A stretch of 55,699 nt of DNA from Pseudomonadota bacterium (GCA_034439715.1 JAWXAY010000093.1:1-55699); one strand, 5' to 3'. Shown: positions 29,142 to 39,983, numbered from the stretch's first letter. Numbers and translations are program-made. The notes: a model not told the origin generated them from the sequence alone.

Positions 29142-29864
29142 TTAAAAATCAAACTCGGCCAGCATGGGAATATGGTCTGAAAGTCTCTGCCAAACCTTTC
29201 CCGTCATAAGCTTTGAAGAACTTAATTTGAGATTTGCATAATAAATACGATCCAAAGGTAACAGGGGCAGCCAACTTGGATAAGTTCGAGCATGTCTTCC
29301 ATGTTGGTGAAAGTAGGCCTCTTGAAGTCCCAAGGTGCGTTGCAAATAATTAGTGGCGTAGACATTCCAGTCATTAAAATCTCCGCACAATAAAAGCGGC
29401 TCTTTTTGTAGTGAGTGTTTCGTGATAAACTGGCAAATTTGGTCAAGCTGTTCTTTGCGCCAACTATTGAATAAGCCTAAGTGCGTGCAGATAAGATGAA
29501 GCTCTCGATTTAGCTCGGGGATATTTAGTTGCACGTAGAGAAATCCCCGATTTTCAAATTTGTTTGAAGAAATTTTTATGTTTTTCGAACTTATTATCGG
29601 AAATTTGCTTAAAATTGCGTTTCCATGATGGCCTTTTGAATAGACTGCGTTTTTACCGTATGCATGGTTATGCCAAACTTGATCTGCTAACACTTCTAAC
29701 TGCGATCCGTGCACGGTATGCTCGCCTACGAGCTCCTGCAAACCCACGAGATCAGCGTGGACCAAATCAATTGATTTTTTTATATCAACTAATGTATTTT
29801 TAAATTTTGTCGTGCTAAAGCCTTTATGTATATTATAAGAAAGTATTTTGAATTTCATGGGCAC
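29142..29864 (-). CDS. Endonuclease/exonuclease/phosphatase family protein (YbhP-like)
   Basis: SYNIHKG, LQE, GNAILS, THL, GDFN, LDRIY, SDH. Confidence 0.9.
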   Translation of the reverse strand: MPMKFKILSYNIHKGFSTTKFKNTLVDIKKSIDLVHADLVGLQELVGEHTVHGSQLEVLADQVWHNHAYGKNAVYSKGHHGNAILSKFPIISSKNIKISSNKFENRGFLYVQLNIPELNRELHLICTHLGLFNSWRKEQLDQICQFITKHSLQKEPLLLCGDFNDWNVYATNYLQRTLGLQEAYFHQHGRHARTYPSWLPLLPLDRIYYANLKLSSSKLMTGKVWQRLSDHIPMLAEFDF

Positions 29865-30944
29865 TTAAATCCAGAAATGAAAGATTGAGAGTATTTTTTC
29901 GATAATGGCGTGTACAAAAGACCTTTTCTTCCAGTGTGTGAGATCCAGTTGGCGGGAGGATTCGAGATCTTTAAGAAACTGGTGTTGCATGTCTTCCTTG
30001 GGGCTGTCCCCTGTTAACACAACATCAACTTCGAGGTCATGAAAAAAACTTCGGTAATTTTGGTTACTCGAACCAATCGTCATCCAATCATCAATGATTT
30101 TTGTTTTGGCGTGTAAAATTGTGGCGTTGAATTCAAAAATACGTACTTCATTTTTCAATAGATACGAATAATGATATGTTTTAACCCATTGAAGTAAAAA
30201 ATGGTCTTGCTTGTTGCCGAGCAATAAACAGACGTCGACTCCTCTTTTGACAGCTCGACAGAGATTTCCAATTAAAAATGGGGGAGGATTAAAGTAGGGA
30301 CTGGTTATCCAGATCCGGGTCTTCGCGAGTTTTACTCTTGTCATTAAGGCGGTGTAATATTTTCGACGTTTAAACAGTGAGTTGTTCAATTTAACTAACT
30401 CGTCTAGTTTGTAGTTATCATCTTTTAATGTTTTGAATGCCATTTCGAGCATCTCAACGTGATTACCTTCCACACGCAAGCCGGTATCTCGCCAAGCTTT
30501 ATCGCCAGAGAATTCGTGGACGTGACAGGCATCCACATTCATGCTACCAACAAATGCTAAGCGAGAATCAATCACGCACATTTTACGGTGATTTCTTCTA
30601 TTTAATCGGCCAAATCGCTTTGTGAAGCTACTTGGTTTTAAAAGGCTAGGTAGCGGGTGATAAACTTCAAAATTGATTTTTAACTGCTTGGCCTCAGTAG
30701 CTAACTGGGAAATCCACAAAAGAGAGCCTACGCCATCCGTTCTCAATACAACTGGTACATGACGTTTGGCAGCTTCGCCGAGCGCCTGTAAAATACGCTG
30801 TCCTAATTGATCGGGATTAAAAATATAGACCTCAAACAGAATTGATATTTTTGCCGAGTTGATGGCTTGTAGTAAATCAGCAAAGTAGGCATCGCCGCTC
30901 GTATAAATTATTTCAGACTGCCAAGGATGCATTTTGGAATCCAC
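29865..30944 (-). CDS. clsB: Cardiolipin synthase, ClsB-type phospholipase D
   Basis: Two HKD motifs (HRKMCVID, HAKTKIID), WRDT, SPYF; no N-terminal TM; adjacent to a YbhP-like gene. Confidence 0.82.
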   Translation of the reverse strand: MDSKMHPWQSEIIYTSGDAYFADLLQAINSAKISILFEVYIFNPDQLGQRILQALGEAAKRHVPVVLRTDGVGSLLWISQLATEAKQLKINFEVYHPLPSLLKPSSFTKRFGRLNRRNHRKMCVIDSRLAFVGSMNVDACHVHEFSGDKAWRDTGLRVEGNHVEMLEMAFKTLKDDNYKLDELVKLNNSLFKRRKYYTALMTRVKLAKTRIWITSPYFNPPPFLIGNLCRAVKRGVDVCLLLGNKQDHFLLQWVKTYHYSYLLKNEVRIFEFNATILHAKTKIIDDWMTIGSSNQNYRSFFHDLEVDVVLTGDSPKEDMQHQFLKDLESSRQLDLTHWKKRSFVHAIIEKILSIFHFWI

Positions 30945-30954
30945 GTTGATTTCC

Positions 30955-31260
30955 CTAGACGGCCTCCGAGATTAACTTTGGCAATAACAGCCACAACACG
31001 CCATTCTCATTGGTGGCCTTTACGCCCTTACCTTGCGGTTGCCAGCGAAAGACAGTTTGTTTTGATTCGCTACCTTCGCGGAATCCCTCGATTACTAGTC
31101 CTTCTTTTGTAGTTAAAATCTGAGTAGACTTAGTAGGAATTGTGGGAATGTCTACCGCCACTAAATAATGTGATGCCGACTCGTTCAAAGAAAACATGGC
31201 TGAATTGTTTTGCTTTGATAATTTTGGAAACTCAGAACTCTGTGTGGAATTGAGGCTCAT
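30955..31260 (-). CDS. Divergent Hsp20/alpha-crystallin-like small protein
   Basis: YLVAVDIP…LVIEG…VKATNENGVLWLLLPK. Confidence 0.6.
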   Translation of the reverse strand: MSLNSTQSSEFPKLSKQNNSAMFSLNESASHYLVAVDIPTIPTKSTQILTTKEGLVIEGFREGSESKQTVFRWQPQGKGVKATNENGVLWLLLPKLISEAV

Positions 31261-31289
31261 TTTATGTTTCTCCGATTTTGCCTGATAAC

Positions 31290-31305
31290 TGCAAAGTCTG
31301 GGCCA
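31290..31305 (-). promoter_or_regulatory. Putative sigma54 promoter
   Basis: TGGCCCAGACTTTGCA, 30 bp before ATG 31260. Confidence 0.7.
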
Positions 31306-31401
31306 TTTTCTCGGAGAGCAAAAGTTTTAGTCCACGGTTTTCAATGGGGCCTTTTGTACATCTGAAAAAGCCAAAGTGCCTCAAATTAAAAAAATTAGAT
31401 T

Positions 31402-31887
31402 TTAGTCGACAAACCCGCCAAAATCGGTCGTCCAATACCAACTGTATGGTGAACCTTTAACGTAAAACCGACCGATACCAATTACTTTAAAACTTGGGTT
31501 TAACATATTAGTATTATGACCCGGAGAATTTTTCCACTGTTCAAATGTTTTAGCGGCTTCCGAATTTCCCGCCGCGATGTTCTCAGCAATAATCGTCGAA
31601 TATTTCTCATAGGAATAGCCAAACTGACTCAAACGTAAAGCCATAGTTCTCTTTTGGCTATCGGGCTGATGTTGAAAATATCGAAACGTTGCCATGTCTT
31701 CACTTAACCATTTGGCCGCGTTAGTAAGGGCTTCAGAAACCTTCATCTCGCTGATATTATGCTGTAAACGATAGTTGTTGATAAGCTCAAGAAAAAGCCT
31801 TTCTTCGCTATCTAAAGAAGCGGCAATACTAGACAAAGAAAATAGCATTAAAAAAATAAAAAGAACGGAGCGTTTCACTAAAACCAC
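31402..31887 (-). CDS. Secreted CAP/SCP domain protein
   Basis: LINNYR, YFQH, AENIAAG, WKNSPGHNTNML, YWTTDFG. Confidence 0.9.
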   Translation of the reverse strand: MVLVKRSVLFIFLMLFSLSSIAASLDSEERLFLELINNYRLQHNISEMKVSEALTNAAKWLSEDMATFRYFQHQPDSQKRTMALRLSQFGYSYEKYSTIIAENIAAGNSEAAKTFEQWKNSPGHNTNMLNPSFKVIGIGRFYVKGSPYSWYWTTDFGGFVD

Positions 31888-31929
31888 CTGTCTGAAATTG
31901 ATTGTAAAATAATCCTCCTAGCGGTCTTG

Positions 31930-31949
31930 TGTCAATGCCGACATTGACA
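31930..31949. promoter_or_regulatory. Perfect 8-bp inverted repeat between divergent genes (candidate operator)
   Basis: TGTCAATG-ccga-CATTGACA. Confidence 0.4.
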
Positions 31950-32024
31950 AAATTACTCTAAAGCTACCTCTAAAAAACTCCGAAAAAATTGGTGGGTAAC
32001 ATAGGCACAAAGATGGGGTACATC

Positions 32025-32774
32025 ATGATGCTAAAAGATAAGACAGTTTTGATAGTTGATGATGATGACGGTTATCGAGAGATTCTTTGTGATGAGTTTG
32101 AATACGCAGGTGCCAAGGTCCACTCGGCAGAAAACGGAATGAAAGCCTTTGAAATAGTAAAGTCGCAGAAAATCGACGCCGTTGTCTCTGACATTCGAAT
32201 GCCTGGAGGCAGTGGTGTTTATCTCTTAGACCAGATAAAAAAGTCCTATCCCGAGACTCCGATTGTCATGTTAATCAGTGCCTTTTCAGACCTCTCAACA
32301 GAAGACGCGTATAATAAGGGGGCGGATGCTCTTTTTTCAAAACCGTGCGATTTAAGTCAATTAATTCAAGCCGTACATCTTTCTCTAAAACCGAAGAATG
32401 AAAGATTAGTTAGAAAATTCGAAAGGCTTGCTAGCGACTTTAAAGTGGAAATAACGTCGACGTCACTAAAGGAGGCCATAGAAACCCAGGTCTTGAGTCT
32501 AGGTCGTGGCGGAATGTTTGTTGCCGGACAATGGGAAAGTCTCAATATAGGTTCGCGAGTGAGTTATCAATTGATGTCAAATAACAAAGTAAAACAAATT
32601 TTTGAAGGCATCGGCGTTTGCCGCTGGATTCGAAAGGAACCTGAAATGGGTTTAGTACCTGGCATAGGCATTGAGTTTTCTGACCTTTCCCAAGAGTCCT
32701 TAAAATCTCTCGAAAATATTTTAATACAGTTGAGGCCCAGAGCTTTTATTCCAAAAGGTACAGATGGAGATTAA
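32025..32774 (+). CDS. Response regulator with C-terminal PilZ domain
   Basis: VDDD, SDIRMP, SKP; RKFER + SLGRGG + VCRW + GIEF. Confidence 0.85.
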   Translation: MMLKDKTVLIVDDDDGYREILCDEFEYAGAKVHSAENGMKAFEIVKSQKIDAVVSDIRMPGGSGVYLLDQIKKSYPETPIVMLISAFSDLSTEDAYNKGADALFSKPCDLSQLIQAVHLSLKPKNERLVRKFERLASDFKVEITSTSLKEAIETQVLSLGRGGMFVAGQWESLNIGSRVSYQLMSNNKVKQIFEGIGVCRWIRKEPEMGLVPGIGIEFSDLSQESLKSLENILIQLRPRAFIPKGTDGD

Positions 32775-34182
32775 TTTGTCCCATCTGAAACCTTTCAAGG
32801 TTGATATTAAAGGAAAGAATACCGTCGTTGTTTTAATATTGGCCGCAGTATTATTTGCATCGTATTTTGTCTGGAGTACTATTAATGAATACGAGAGTCT
32901 AACCTCCCTTCAGAAAAAATATTTGAAAATAATTGAACTCAAGGGCATCATAGATCAATACGACGAAGTCTTAACAATGTCGGCTCGAATGGCAGCCGCA
33001 ACGGGAGAATTAAAATGGGAACTTCGTTATCGAAAAGTTGAACCATTGCTGGATCAAGCGATTAAAGAATCGATTAGCCTTCAGCCCCAAGGCGCACAAA
33101 TGGCAGATAGTACAGATGCGGCAAACATCAAACTTGTTGAAATGGAAAATCAGGCTTTTAAGCTAATTGGGGCAAATAGACTTAGCGAAGCCATGGATGT
33201 TTTGTCTAGCCCTGATTATGAAAAATACAAATTAATTTACTCAACGGGAATGAAAGACTTATCGCACAATATATATGAGACCATCGAGAATGATTTAAGT
33301 AAGATTCAATCTAATGCTGCAAAATCCAAATTTTTAATGCTCATGTCCTTTTTATTCCTAGCCATAACTTCAGTATATTTTCTTAAGAAGTTAACACAGA
33401 GTAATCAAAACATTATTAGTCTGAATGCAAGCCTTGAGGGCAAAGTTCAGGAACAAGCGCAGATATTGGTTCAAGCCTCTAAAATGAGGGCGTTGGGTGA
33501 GATGTCGGCCGGAATTGCCCATGAGATCAATAATCCGGTCGGAATAATTCAGGGTAAGACTCAGCAACTGAAAAGGCTTCTTCAAAGTGAAATGTGGACG
33601 CCGAAGAAAGGTTTAGAGGAATTAGACAAAATATTTTATCAAACTGATAGGATAGCAAAAATTGTACGTGGACTACGTTTCTTTTCGAGGTGTAATGAGA
33701 AAGACTCCCCAATTCCTGTGGAGATTCAAACAATCATAGCTGATGTTGTAGAGTTGTGTGGCCAAAAATTCAAAATTAACAATGTGACTCTAGAAGTTAA
33801 TATTAGGTCTGATTTGACAGTGCAAGGTCAGGTGGTTCAGCTAGGACAGGTTATTCTAAACCTACTAAATAATTCCTTCGATGCCGTAGCCAATCTTTCC
33901 GAAAAATGGGTGCGAGTTAGTGCTGAACCAATTGGTCATCGCGCGCGTATTACTGTCACCGACAGTGGTCAGGGAATTCCGGCTGAATTAATAGATAAAA
34001 TTATGCAGCCCTTTTTTACAACTAAAGAGGTAGGTCTTGGCACCGGCCTTGGATTGAGTATTTCCAAGGGAATCATTGAAGAGCACAATGGCATTTTTTG
34101 GGTGGATCAAAAATCAAGAAACACCTGTTTTATTATTGAGTTGCCTCTCTATCTTTCGAAAAAAGATTTAAAGGTAGCGTAA
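32764..34182 (+). CDS. Membrane-bound sensor histidine kinase
   Basis: Two TMs flanking a helical sensor; AHEINNP, NLLNNS, DSGQG, PFFTTK, GTGLGLS. Confidence 0.92.
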   Translation: MEINLSHLKPFKVDIKGKNTVVVLILAAVLFASYFVWSTINEYESLTSLQKKYLKIIELKGIIDQYDEVLTMSARMAAATGELKWELRYRKVEPLLDQAIKESISLQPQGAQMADSTDAANIKLVEMENQAFKLIGANRLSEAMDVLSSPDYEKYKLIYSTGMKDLSHNIYETIENDLSKIQSNAAKSKFLMLMSFLFLAITSVYFLKKLTQSNQNIISLNASLEGKVQEQAQILVQASKMRALGEMSAGIAHEINNPVGIIQGKTQQLKRLLQSEMWTPKKGLEELDKIFYQTDRIAKIVRGLRFFSRCNEKDSPIPVEIQTIIADVVELCGQKFKINNVTLEVNIRSDLTVQGQVVQLGQVILNLLNNSFDAVANLSEKWVRVSAEPIGHRARITVTDSGQGIPAELIDKIMQPFFTTKEVGLGTGLGLSISKGIIEEHNGIFWVDQKSRNTCFIIELPLYLSKKDLKVA

Positions 34183-34330
34183 CTCACAGCTGTTGGCTTA
34201 ATTCCCCATTTGTAAAAAATTGAAAGTACCCCCGAGAATAATCAGGTGCGCCAATATCTTTAATGTTTCAACAAAATTGAAAAATCATTTAAACAAGGTG
34301 TTGTATCTTTCGCGTGACAGGGGTGAAGCC

Positions 34331-35575
34331 ATGAGAATTGTAAACCTATTGATGTCTTTATTTTTAGTATCCTGTAACAATTCCACTAAAGTAGTTGCGA
34401 CAAATCCTAAAAAAACAACGCACCCTTTTAAAGTTGATGAGGTCAACTTAAGTGAAGCTTCTTCCGCGCGATTTATTTGTACCAGTGGCTTGCTAAAGTC
34501 TAATTTCTTGGTTTTTAGAGCCGATGCCGAGCCCAGCGTTTATCCTAGCCTTATTTCGCTGGTGACCGAAGCCGGATCCCAGCAAATCTTAGGAATCGAG
34601 GAATTAGAGCCGCTCTACAGTGTATCAGAAAGTACGGTAAAGGTGGTTTTTCGTGCTAAAGAATACGAGCGTAGAGCTTCGTGGACCGGCTGGCAGAATT
34701 ATTATTATATTGCAGATATCGATTTTCTGAAAAGAAAAATAACGCTGAAAAAGATTGGCGCAGCTCCCCACTATCGTGATGGTTCTTTGTTGGCTCGTGA
34801 CAACAGTTTTATGAGTGGCCCACAAACGCATTTGGTTTATTTTGAAAAAGAAAATAAAATTTTATTGCCACTTCAAAAAGATGGCGGCTTTTTTTATGGT
34901 TGGTATTCGCTCGAGACTAACGAGATTCTTTCGATCACTAATATTAACGCTCTTGAGTATTACAACCCGGTTCTTGATAGCCCCTATTTAATTTTTGAAC
35001 GTCGAGAACTAACACTTAATAAGTACCAGAAAGTAATCTTTAATGTTGGCGAATTTACTCCATTCCCGAACTTTAAACACATGGGGCCGACAAAGGTGAT
35101 TGACGACGATTGGCTTTGGCTCAGCAAAGAAGGGCCCAGTCTTAAACTGATCAATTACTCTAAACAAAAGAGTGAACTTAAGAATTTTGCTTTGCCGAGC
35201 ACAGAAAATTTGCGAATTTATTCTGAAGCGCGATTTAGTTCCGATAAAAATAAATTAAAGGCTTTAGTAGCGGTTGAAGCCCCTATTTCGGGCCTCGGTG
35301 AGCTACGTTGGTTCGAGACAGATCGTGAGGTGGGAACTACAGCCGTTCTATCGACAATAGCCTACCCTCACTTTGTCAAACCGGTGAGCAAAGAAGTTGG
35401 CGCAGAGATGGTTATAAAGGGCTTATTTAGCATTCAAAATAGCAACAATGTTTTCGCTTCGTTTGCGATGTCAGAGGGAAGTACACGACTGTTTCGATAT
35501 AGCGAAAAGAACGAGTGGCAACAGGTAAGTCGCGCATCATGCTCTAATTTGAAAACATGGCGACCTTTTGATTAG
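34331..35575 (+). CDS. Hypothetical lipoprotein (beta-rich)
   Basis: ATG 34331 with lipobox LVSC. Confidence 0.65.
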   Translation: MRIVNLLMSLFLVSCNNSTKVVATNPKKTTHPFKVDEVNLSEASSARFICTSGLLKSNFLVFRADAEPSVYPSLISLVTEAGSQQILGIEELEPLYSVSESTVKVVFRAKEYERRASWTGWQNYYYIADIDFLKRKITLKKIGAAPHYRDGSLLARDNSFMSGPQTHLVYFEKENKILLPLQKDGGFFYGWYSLETNEILSITNINALEYYNPVLDSPYLIFERRELTLNKYQKVIFNVGEFTPFPNFKHMGPTKVIDDDWLWLSKEGPSLKLINYSKQKSELKNFALPSTENLRIYSEARFSSDKNKLKALVAVEAPISGLGELRWFETDREVGTTAVLSTIAYPHFVKPVSKEVGAEMVIKGLFSIQNSNNVFASFAMSEGSTRLFRYSEKNEWQQVSRASCSNLKTWRPFD

Positions 35576-36477
35576 CCGCGGCCTTTAGTTTTTGTTTTTC
35601 CTTTACGAGCGTTACTCGCAATGAAATCAATGATCATTCCGGCAATATCCTTCCCGGTGACTTTTTCAACCCCCTCAAGACCTGGTGAAGAATTGACCTC
35701 AATAACCAATGGCCCTCGCTTAGAGCGAAGGATGTCGACTCCCGCCATGTTTAACCCCAAAGCTTTTGCCGCTTCTACAGCGGTTTTTCTTTCCTTAGGC
35801 GTGAGTTTTACTTCGACGGCCGCGCCTCCACGATGAAGATTTGAACGAAATTCACCAGGCTTTGCTGTTCTCATCATAGCCGCCACAACTTTGTCGCCAA
35901 CGACAAAACATCGAATATCTGAGCCCTTGGCTTCGTCAATAAATTCTTGCACCAAAAAATAGGCGTCTAACGTTCGAAAGGCTTCGATAATACTTTCTGC
36001 GGTCTTATTGGTCTCAGCGAGGATGACGCCGATTCCTTGGGTCCCTTCAATAAGCTTAATCACCACGGGACATCCGCCCACGAGGCGAATAATATCCCTA
36101 GACATTTTAGTTGAGTGGGCAAAACTAGTCACGGGTAGGCCAACACCTTTTCTTGAAAGAATTTGTAGGCTTCGGAGTTTGTCTCGAGAGCGAGAAATAG
36201 AAACCGATTCGTTAAGAGAATACACTTTCATCATTTCAAATTGCCTGACTACTGCCGTACCGTAAAACGTGACACTGGCGCCAATTCTTGGAATAATAGC
36301 ATCAAAACTATCGAGCTTTTGTTTCTTGTAGAGGACCATTGGTTTTTTAGAAGTAATGTTCATGTAGCAACTTAAGGTGTCAATCACTTCAACTTTGTGA
36401 CCACGCTTAAAAGCCGCCTCCATTAGTCTTCGAGTGGAATAAAGCTTTGCGTTCCGTGAAAGTATGGCAATTTTCAT
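35572..36477 (-). CDS. rimK: Ribosomal protein S6 glutamate ligase RimK (ATP-grasp)
   Basis: [40 protein letters not shown]. Confidence 0.96.
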   Translation of the reverse strand: MKIAILSRNAKLYSTRRLMEAAFKRGHKVEVIDTLSCYMNITSKKPMVLYKKQKLDSFDAIIPRIGASVTFYGTAVVRQFEMMKVYSLNESVSISRSRDKLRSLQILSRKGVGLPVTSFAHSTKMSRDIIRLVGGCPVVIKLIEGTQGIGVILAETNKTAESIIEAFRTLDAYFLVQEFIDEAKGSDIRCFVVGDKVVAAMMRTAKPGEFRSNLHRGGAAVEVKLTPKERKTAVEAAKALGLNMAGVDILRSKRGPLVIEVNSSPGLEGVEKVTGKDIAGMIIDFIASNARKGKTKTKGRG

Positions 36478-36487
36478 AGTTAAACAA

Positions 36488-36946
36488 TTATAACAATTCT
36501 AGTGAACTATTCTTCTTTTTTTTCATGAGAAATGATTTTCCTGGATCAATCAGAAAACGCCGTTTTAATGCTTGCCTGCCAATTAACATACGAAAGCCCA
36601 TAATATCACGATTGATCAATGTGATCTCAATGGGCCAAACTTCGTTATCGATTTGTAGGTGAGTGATTATCACTGGTCGCTGGGTCACGTGGCCGCCAGA
36701 GCTTCTTACGGGACGAACATCCAGTAGTTCTGCCTTGACCTTTTTGGACCTCGTTTTATCCCGCTGAAACGGGAAAACCAGAAATTTAACATATTTTTTG
36801 CCACGAAATTTAATAATTTTAACGTCTTCGGCATGTAAGGCTGAGGTCTTAGCGCCTGTATCAAGTTTAGCTTTGATATTGTTGACCCCCCAATCGGGCA
36901 GCCTAACCCATTCTCTCCAGCCTAGACATTTTTTCGCCACAATCAC
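36488..36946 (-). CDS. RimK-associated retropepsin-like putative protease (RimB-like)
   Basis: [25 protein letters not shown]; directly upstream of rimK. Confidence 0.9.
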   Translation of the reverse strand: MIVAKKCLGWREWVRLPDWGVNNIKAKLDTGAKTSALHAEDVKIIKFRGKKYVKFLVFPFQRDKTRSKKVKAELLDVRPVRSSGGHVTQRPVIITHLQIDNEVWPIEITLINRDIMGFRMLIGRQALKRRFLIDPGKSFLMKKKKNSSLELL

Positions 36947-36987
36947 TTAAGATGTCCTTTGTCAAAAAATCGGGTTATATTTGAATC

Positions 36988-37323
36988 ATGAAGATCTTTT
37001 GCTCCCTGACTTTATTTTGTATCATTTTGTGCGCCAATTTCAAGGCCCTAGCTCAAGATTGGGATGACTTTGATCCGCCCCCACCCACTGAGTATGGCGG
37101 GCCGCAACCAGGAGGCATGGATCCGCCGCCGCCCCCACCAATTTCTGGTTTTGATTCACCACCACCTGTTTGGGATAATCCCGAAATTGGTAATTCGCCG
37201 CCTAAAATTTCAGGTGGACCTGGAAGCTCGCCTGGCGCAGTGGTTTTTAAGAAAACCGGAAAAGCGAAAGATTTGAGCAAAAAAAACCAACGAAAAGAAG
37301 AGCTTTTGAAAGTGAATCCCTAA
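36988..37323 (+). CDS. Small secreted proline-rich, low-complexity protein
   Basis: Signal peptide ending ALA; several polyproline tracts; basic C-terminus. Confidence 0.6.
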   Translation: MKIFCSLTLFCIILCANFKALAQDWDDFDPPPPTEYGGPQPGGMDPPPPPPISGFDSPPPVWDNPEIGNSPPKISGGPGSSPGAVVFKKTGKAKDLSKKNQRKEELLKVNP

Positions 37324-37337
37324 ATATCAGAAGGCAC

Positions 37338-37772
37338 TTATTTTTTTTGATAGGTGCAGCTTAAATAGATAACATCGTCCATGGTTTTTAAGCCAACGTT
37401 GTCCACTTCGCAACAGTCATTTGATTTTTCTATCCTCTGCAGATCGACATTTTTATAACTTTCAACCACAATATTTTGGGCAGCAACATTTAAATATTGA
37501 ATGCGGATTTCGGGATTTAGGGGCGTATCTTCATATAAGCCGCCCCAAGAAATCTCCGCCCTAAATTTTCCCGATTTAGTCTCGATACTTTTAGAAACCT
37601 GGTTCGCAGTTTCTCCGTTTATAGGCATCTCTAGCATACCTTTGGGCATTCCATTGGCAAATATCTGGCAGGTCAAAAGAGAGTCAACTCTCGAAGTTAA
37701 TAAAGCAAATGCTAGAGAAAATTTTGGTAATAAAGTTATTAAAAGTAATAGTTTAATAATAGTTCTATTCAT
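37338..37772 (-). CDS. Secreted hypothetical protein
   Basis: AGGAGG RBS; signal peptide. Confidence 0.65.
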   Translation of the reverse strand: MNRTIIKLLLLITLLPKFSLAFALLTSRVDSLLTCQIFANGMPKGMLEMPINGETANQVSKSIETKSGKFRAEISWGGLYEDTPLNPEIRIQYLNVAAQNIVVESYKNVDLQRIEKSNDCCEVDNVGLKTMDDVIYLSCTYQKK

Positions 37773-37795
37773 CGGTCCTCCTGAATCCTCTTTGA

Positions 37796-39064
37796 TTAAT
37801 TAAACGCCGCTAGATAAGCATTTTTAAATTGAGACATATATAGATTTCCCAAATGACCGCCTCTATCAAAGACCGTAAGGCGCTCACCCATTACACCAGT
37901 TAACCATTTTAGTAACTCAGGAGTATGCATTAGGCGATCATCAGAATTATGGAACACCTGAACATTTGGCGCATTTTTTAACTCTGCCTCGATGGCGAAA
38001 AGACTCGAGTTAAATTTTAGACTTTCAGGCGTCGCGCTGGGATTTTTGCTCATTTGCTCTGCTATGACGGCGTCATTAACGTATCTATGAAAACTGTAGT
38101 TTTTCTCGATCACTGCATAAAGATTTCGTCGACTAAAATATGAGGCCGGAATATTGAGGTCCTTAAGTGGTCCTTGGGTAATAAGCTCTGTTAGGCGGCC
38201 CAGCGAAAGGGCCACCCAAAGCGTTTCGCGTAAAGTAGTTCTAAAGGTAGAGCCGAGCGCCACTTGAGCTTGAGCATCGGGAATGGAGTGTAAAAGTTTG
38301 GTCTGATTGGCGTCACTACGAGCTTCGCTGACTTTACTTAATTTCAAAACAAAATTTAAATAATAAAGTTTTCGTTCCTCTTCGCTCCAAGACTTATACT
38401 TCTCGTAGCACTTGTCAAGAAACTCGAGACTATAATTGGGATCAATAGGCGGGTTAATGGCGACAAATTTCTCAATGCCTATTTTTTCTTTGGGTTCCAA
38501 GTTTTTTTCGAGAGCGGCTAGGAATAGTGAATGAAGGGCTCCATGTGAATAACCGGTCACAGAAATCTTGGTAAAAATATCACCTCTTTCATGCACCTCT
38601 TTTTTTAATATTTTCTTTAGGGTACGGTGAAGATCAAGCACATCTTGCGGTGTATAGCCGGGAAGGGCTGAAGTTAAAGCGCTCTCCATAAACTCAAAAT
38701 TAAAGACATTGCTGGTTGATAGTACAGAGTAGCCAGCTTCATAAAGCATTTTAGCTAAGCGTAAATTGATGGTGCTGCGATAGTGGCTGCCAAGGCCTGG
38801 GATTATGATAATGAGCGGTGCTGGTTTTTTTTGTAGCCAAGTTTTGTAAGGCAGTGGGGTTGAGTCAACGGCAAGAGAAATCTCAGAGTCATTTCCTTGT
38901 TCATCAAAAGATTCGGCATCATAAAAAAAAGCTTGTGCGCTTAGCGTAGACTGATAAGTTCCGCTAAAAGGATAATTGTTTAATTCAATCTGAATGGTTT
39001 GAGAAAAACCAACTGATAGTCCAAGAAAAATCCCCAGTAAATTATAGAGAAATAACGAAAGCAT
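37796..39064 (-). CDS. Secreted alpha/beta hydrolase
   Basis: IPGLGS oxyanion loop, GYSHG nucleophile elbow, HNSDD, GGHLG. Confidence 0.8.
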   Translation of the reverse strand: MLSLFLYNLLGIFLGLSVGFSQTIQIELNNYPFSGTYQSTLSAQAFFYDAESFDEQGNDSEISLAVDSTPLPYKTWLQKKPAPLIIIIPGLGSHYRSTINLRLAKMLYEAGYSVLSTSNVFNFEFMESALTSALPGYTPQDVLDLHRTLKKILKKEVHERGDIFTKISVTGYSHGALHSLFLAALEKNLEPKEKIGIEKFVAINPPIDPNYSLEFLDKCYEKYKSWSEEERKLYYLNFVLKLSKVSEARSDANQTKLLHSIPDAQAQVALGSTFRTTLRETLWVALSLGRLTELITQGPLKDLNIPASYFSRRNLYAVIEKNYSFHRYVNDAVIAEQMSKNPSATPESLKFNSSLFAIEAELKNAPNVQVFHNSDDRLMHTPELLKWLTGVMGERLTVFDRGGHLGNLYMSQFKNAYLAAFN

Positions 39065-39073
39065 CTCGAACTC

Positions 39074-39958
39074 CTATTGGCAGGCTAAGGCGGTTGACAA
39101 CAAGTCTTGCAAAGTTTTTTGTTCAAAATAAGCGTCTGGCACAATCTCGCTGACCCGTAAATAACGTTTGCCTTTGTCATCCACATGTAACTCATTAAAC
39201 TGCATAAAGGTTCGAAGTCCCGGTACGACGGTGCGAAGCCAAAAGAGGGGATCGAGCACCATATCGCCGAGGTAGCCGACAAAATCACGAGTGTTACTTG
39301 GCCCCACAAATGGCACGACTAAATAAACACCTGAACCCACTCCCCAGTGGCCGAGAGTTTGCCCGAACCCTTCTTTGGGAGGAGCTTCAAAACTCATCGC
39401 TGTGCTCATGTCAAATAGACCGCCAATACCAAAGGCTGCGTTAACCATAAAGCGGCCAGCTTCCTTTAGTGCGCTCCAAATTTTTCCCTGCAAAAGATTA
39501 TTAAAAAATCGAATAGGAAAGCTAAGGTGCTCAGCCATGTTAGAAATTCCCTTACGAAAAAAGTCGGGAACTAATAATTCATAAACTTTTCCAATTTTTC
39601 GTACCAATAAAATCGCCACGTTTTGGTTAAACACGAAAAGAGTGCGATTCATTGGTTCCAAAGGGTCGGGGGTTTGAAAGGCCTCAAGTGGGGCGCCCAC
39701 ATTCAGGCCATTTAATAGCAAGCAGTTATTGACGCCTTCTTTTGGCAATGAAGGTGTAATTTCATTTTTATTCACTTCGTCTTCTAATGCATTCCAGGCG
39801 GCGATTGAGTCACCTTCAGCGAGTAAGAAAACGCCAAAGGTCGGCAAATAACTACAAACAATGGCTAAGCACAAAATGAATAATTTTTGTTTTAATTTCA
39901 CGAAACCCTCGAGACTGATGTTTAGACAACAGCGAAGGTTTAGATAATAAATTTGCAA
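39074..39958 (-). CDS. mlaA: MlaA/VacJ family protein
   Basis: DPLEPMNR, NNLLQGK, RFMVN…GIGGLFD, FGQTLGHWG, YLVVPFVGPSNTRD; start may lie downstream. Confidence 0.88.
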   Translation of the reverse strand: MQIYYLNLRCCLNISLEGFVKLKQKLFILCLAIVCSYLPTFGVFLLAEGDSIAAWNALEDEVNKNEITPSLPKEGVNNCLLLNGLNVGAPLEAFQTPDPLEPMNRTLFVFNQNVAILLVRKIGKVYELLVPDFFRKGISNMAEHLSFPIRFFNNLLQGKIWSALKEAGRFMVNAAFGIGGLFDMSTAMSFEAPPKEGFGQTLGHWGVGSGVYLVVPFVGPSNTRDFVGYLGDMVLDPLFWLRTVVPGLRTFMQFNELHVDDKGKRYLRVSEIVPDAYFEQKTLQDLLSTALACQ

Positions 39959-39983
39959 AAGTCTATTGTAATGTTTTTACACT

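Noticed and set aside
37058..37095. DFDPPPPTE resembling the ActA/EVH1-binding FPPPP motif
   Set aside because: Asp intervenes between Phe and Pro, so the motif is not met; low-complexity similarity only
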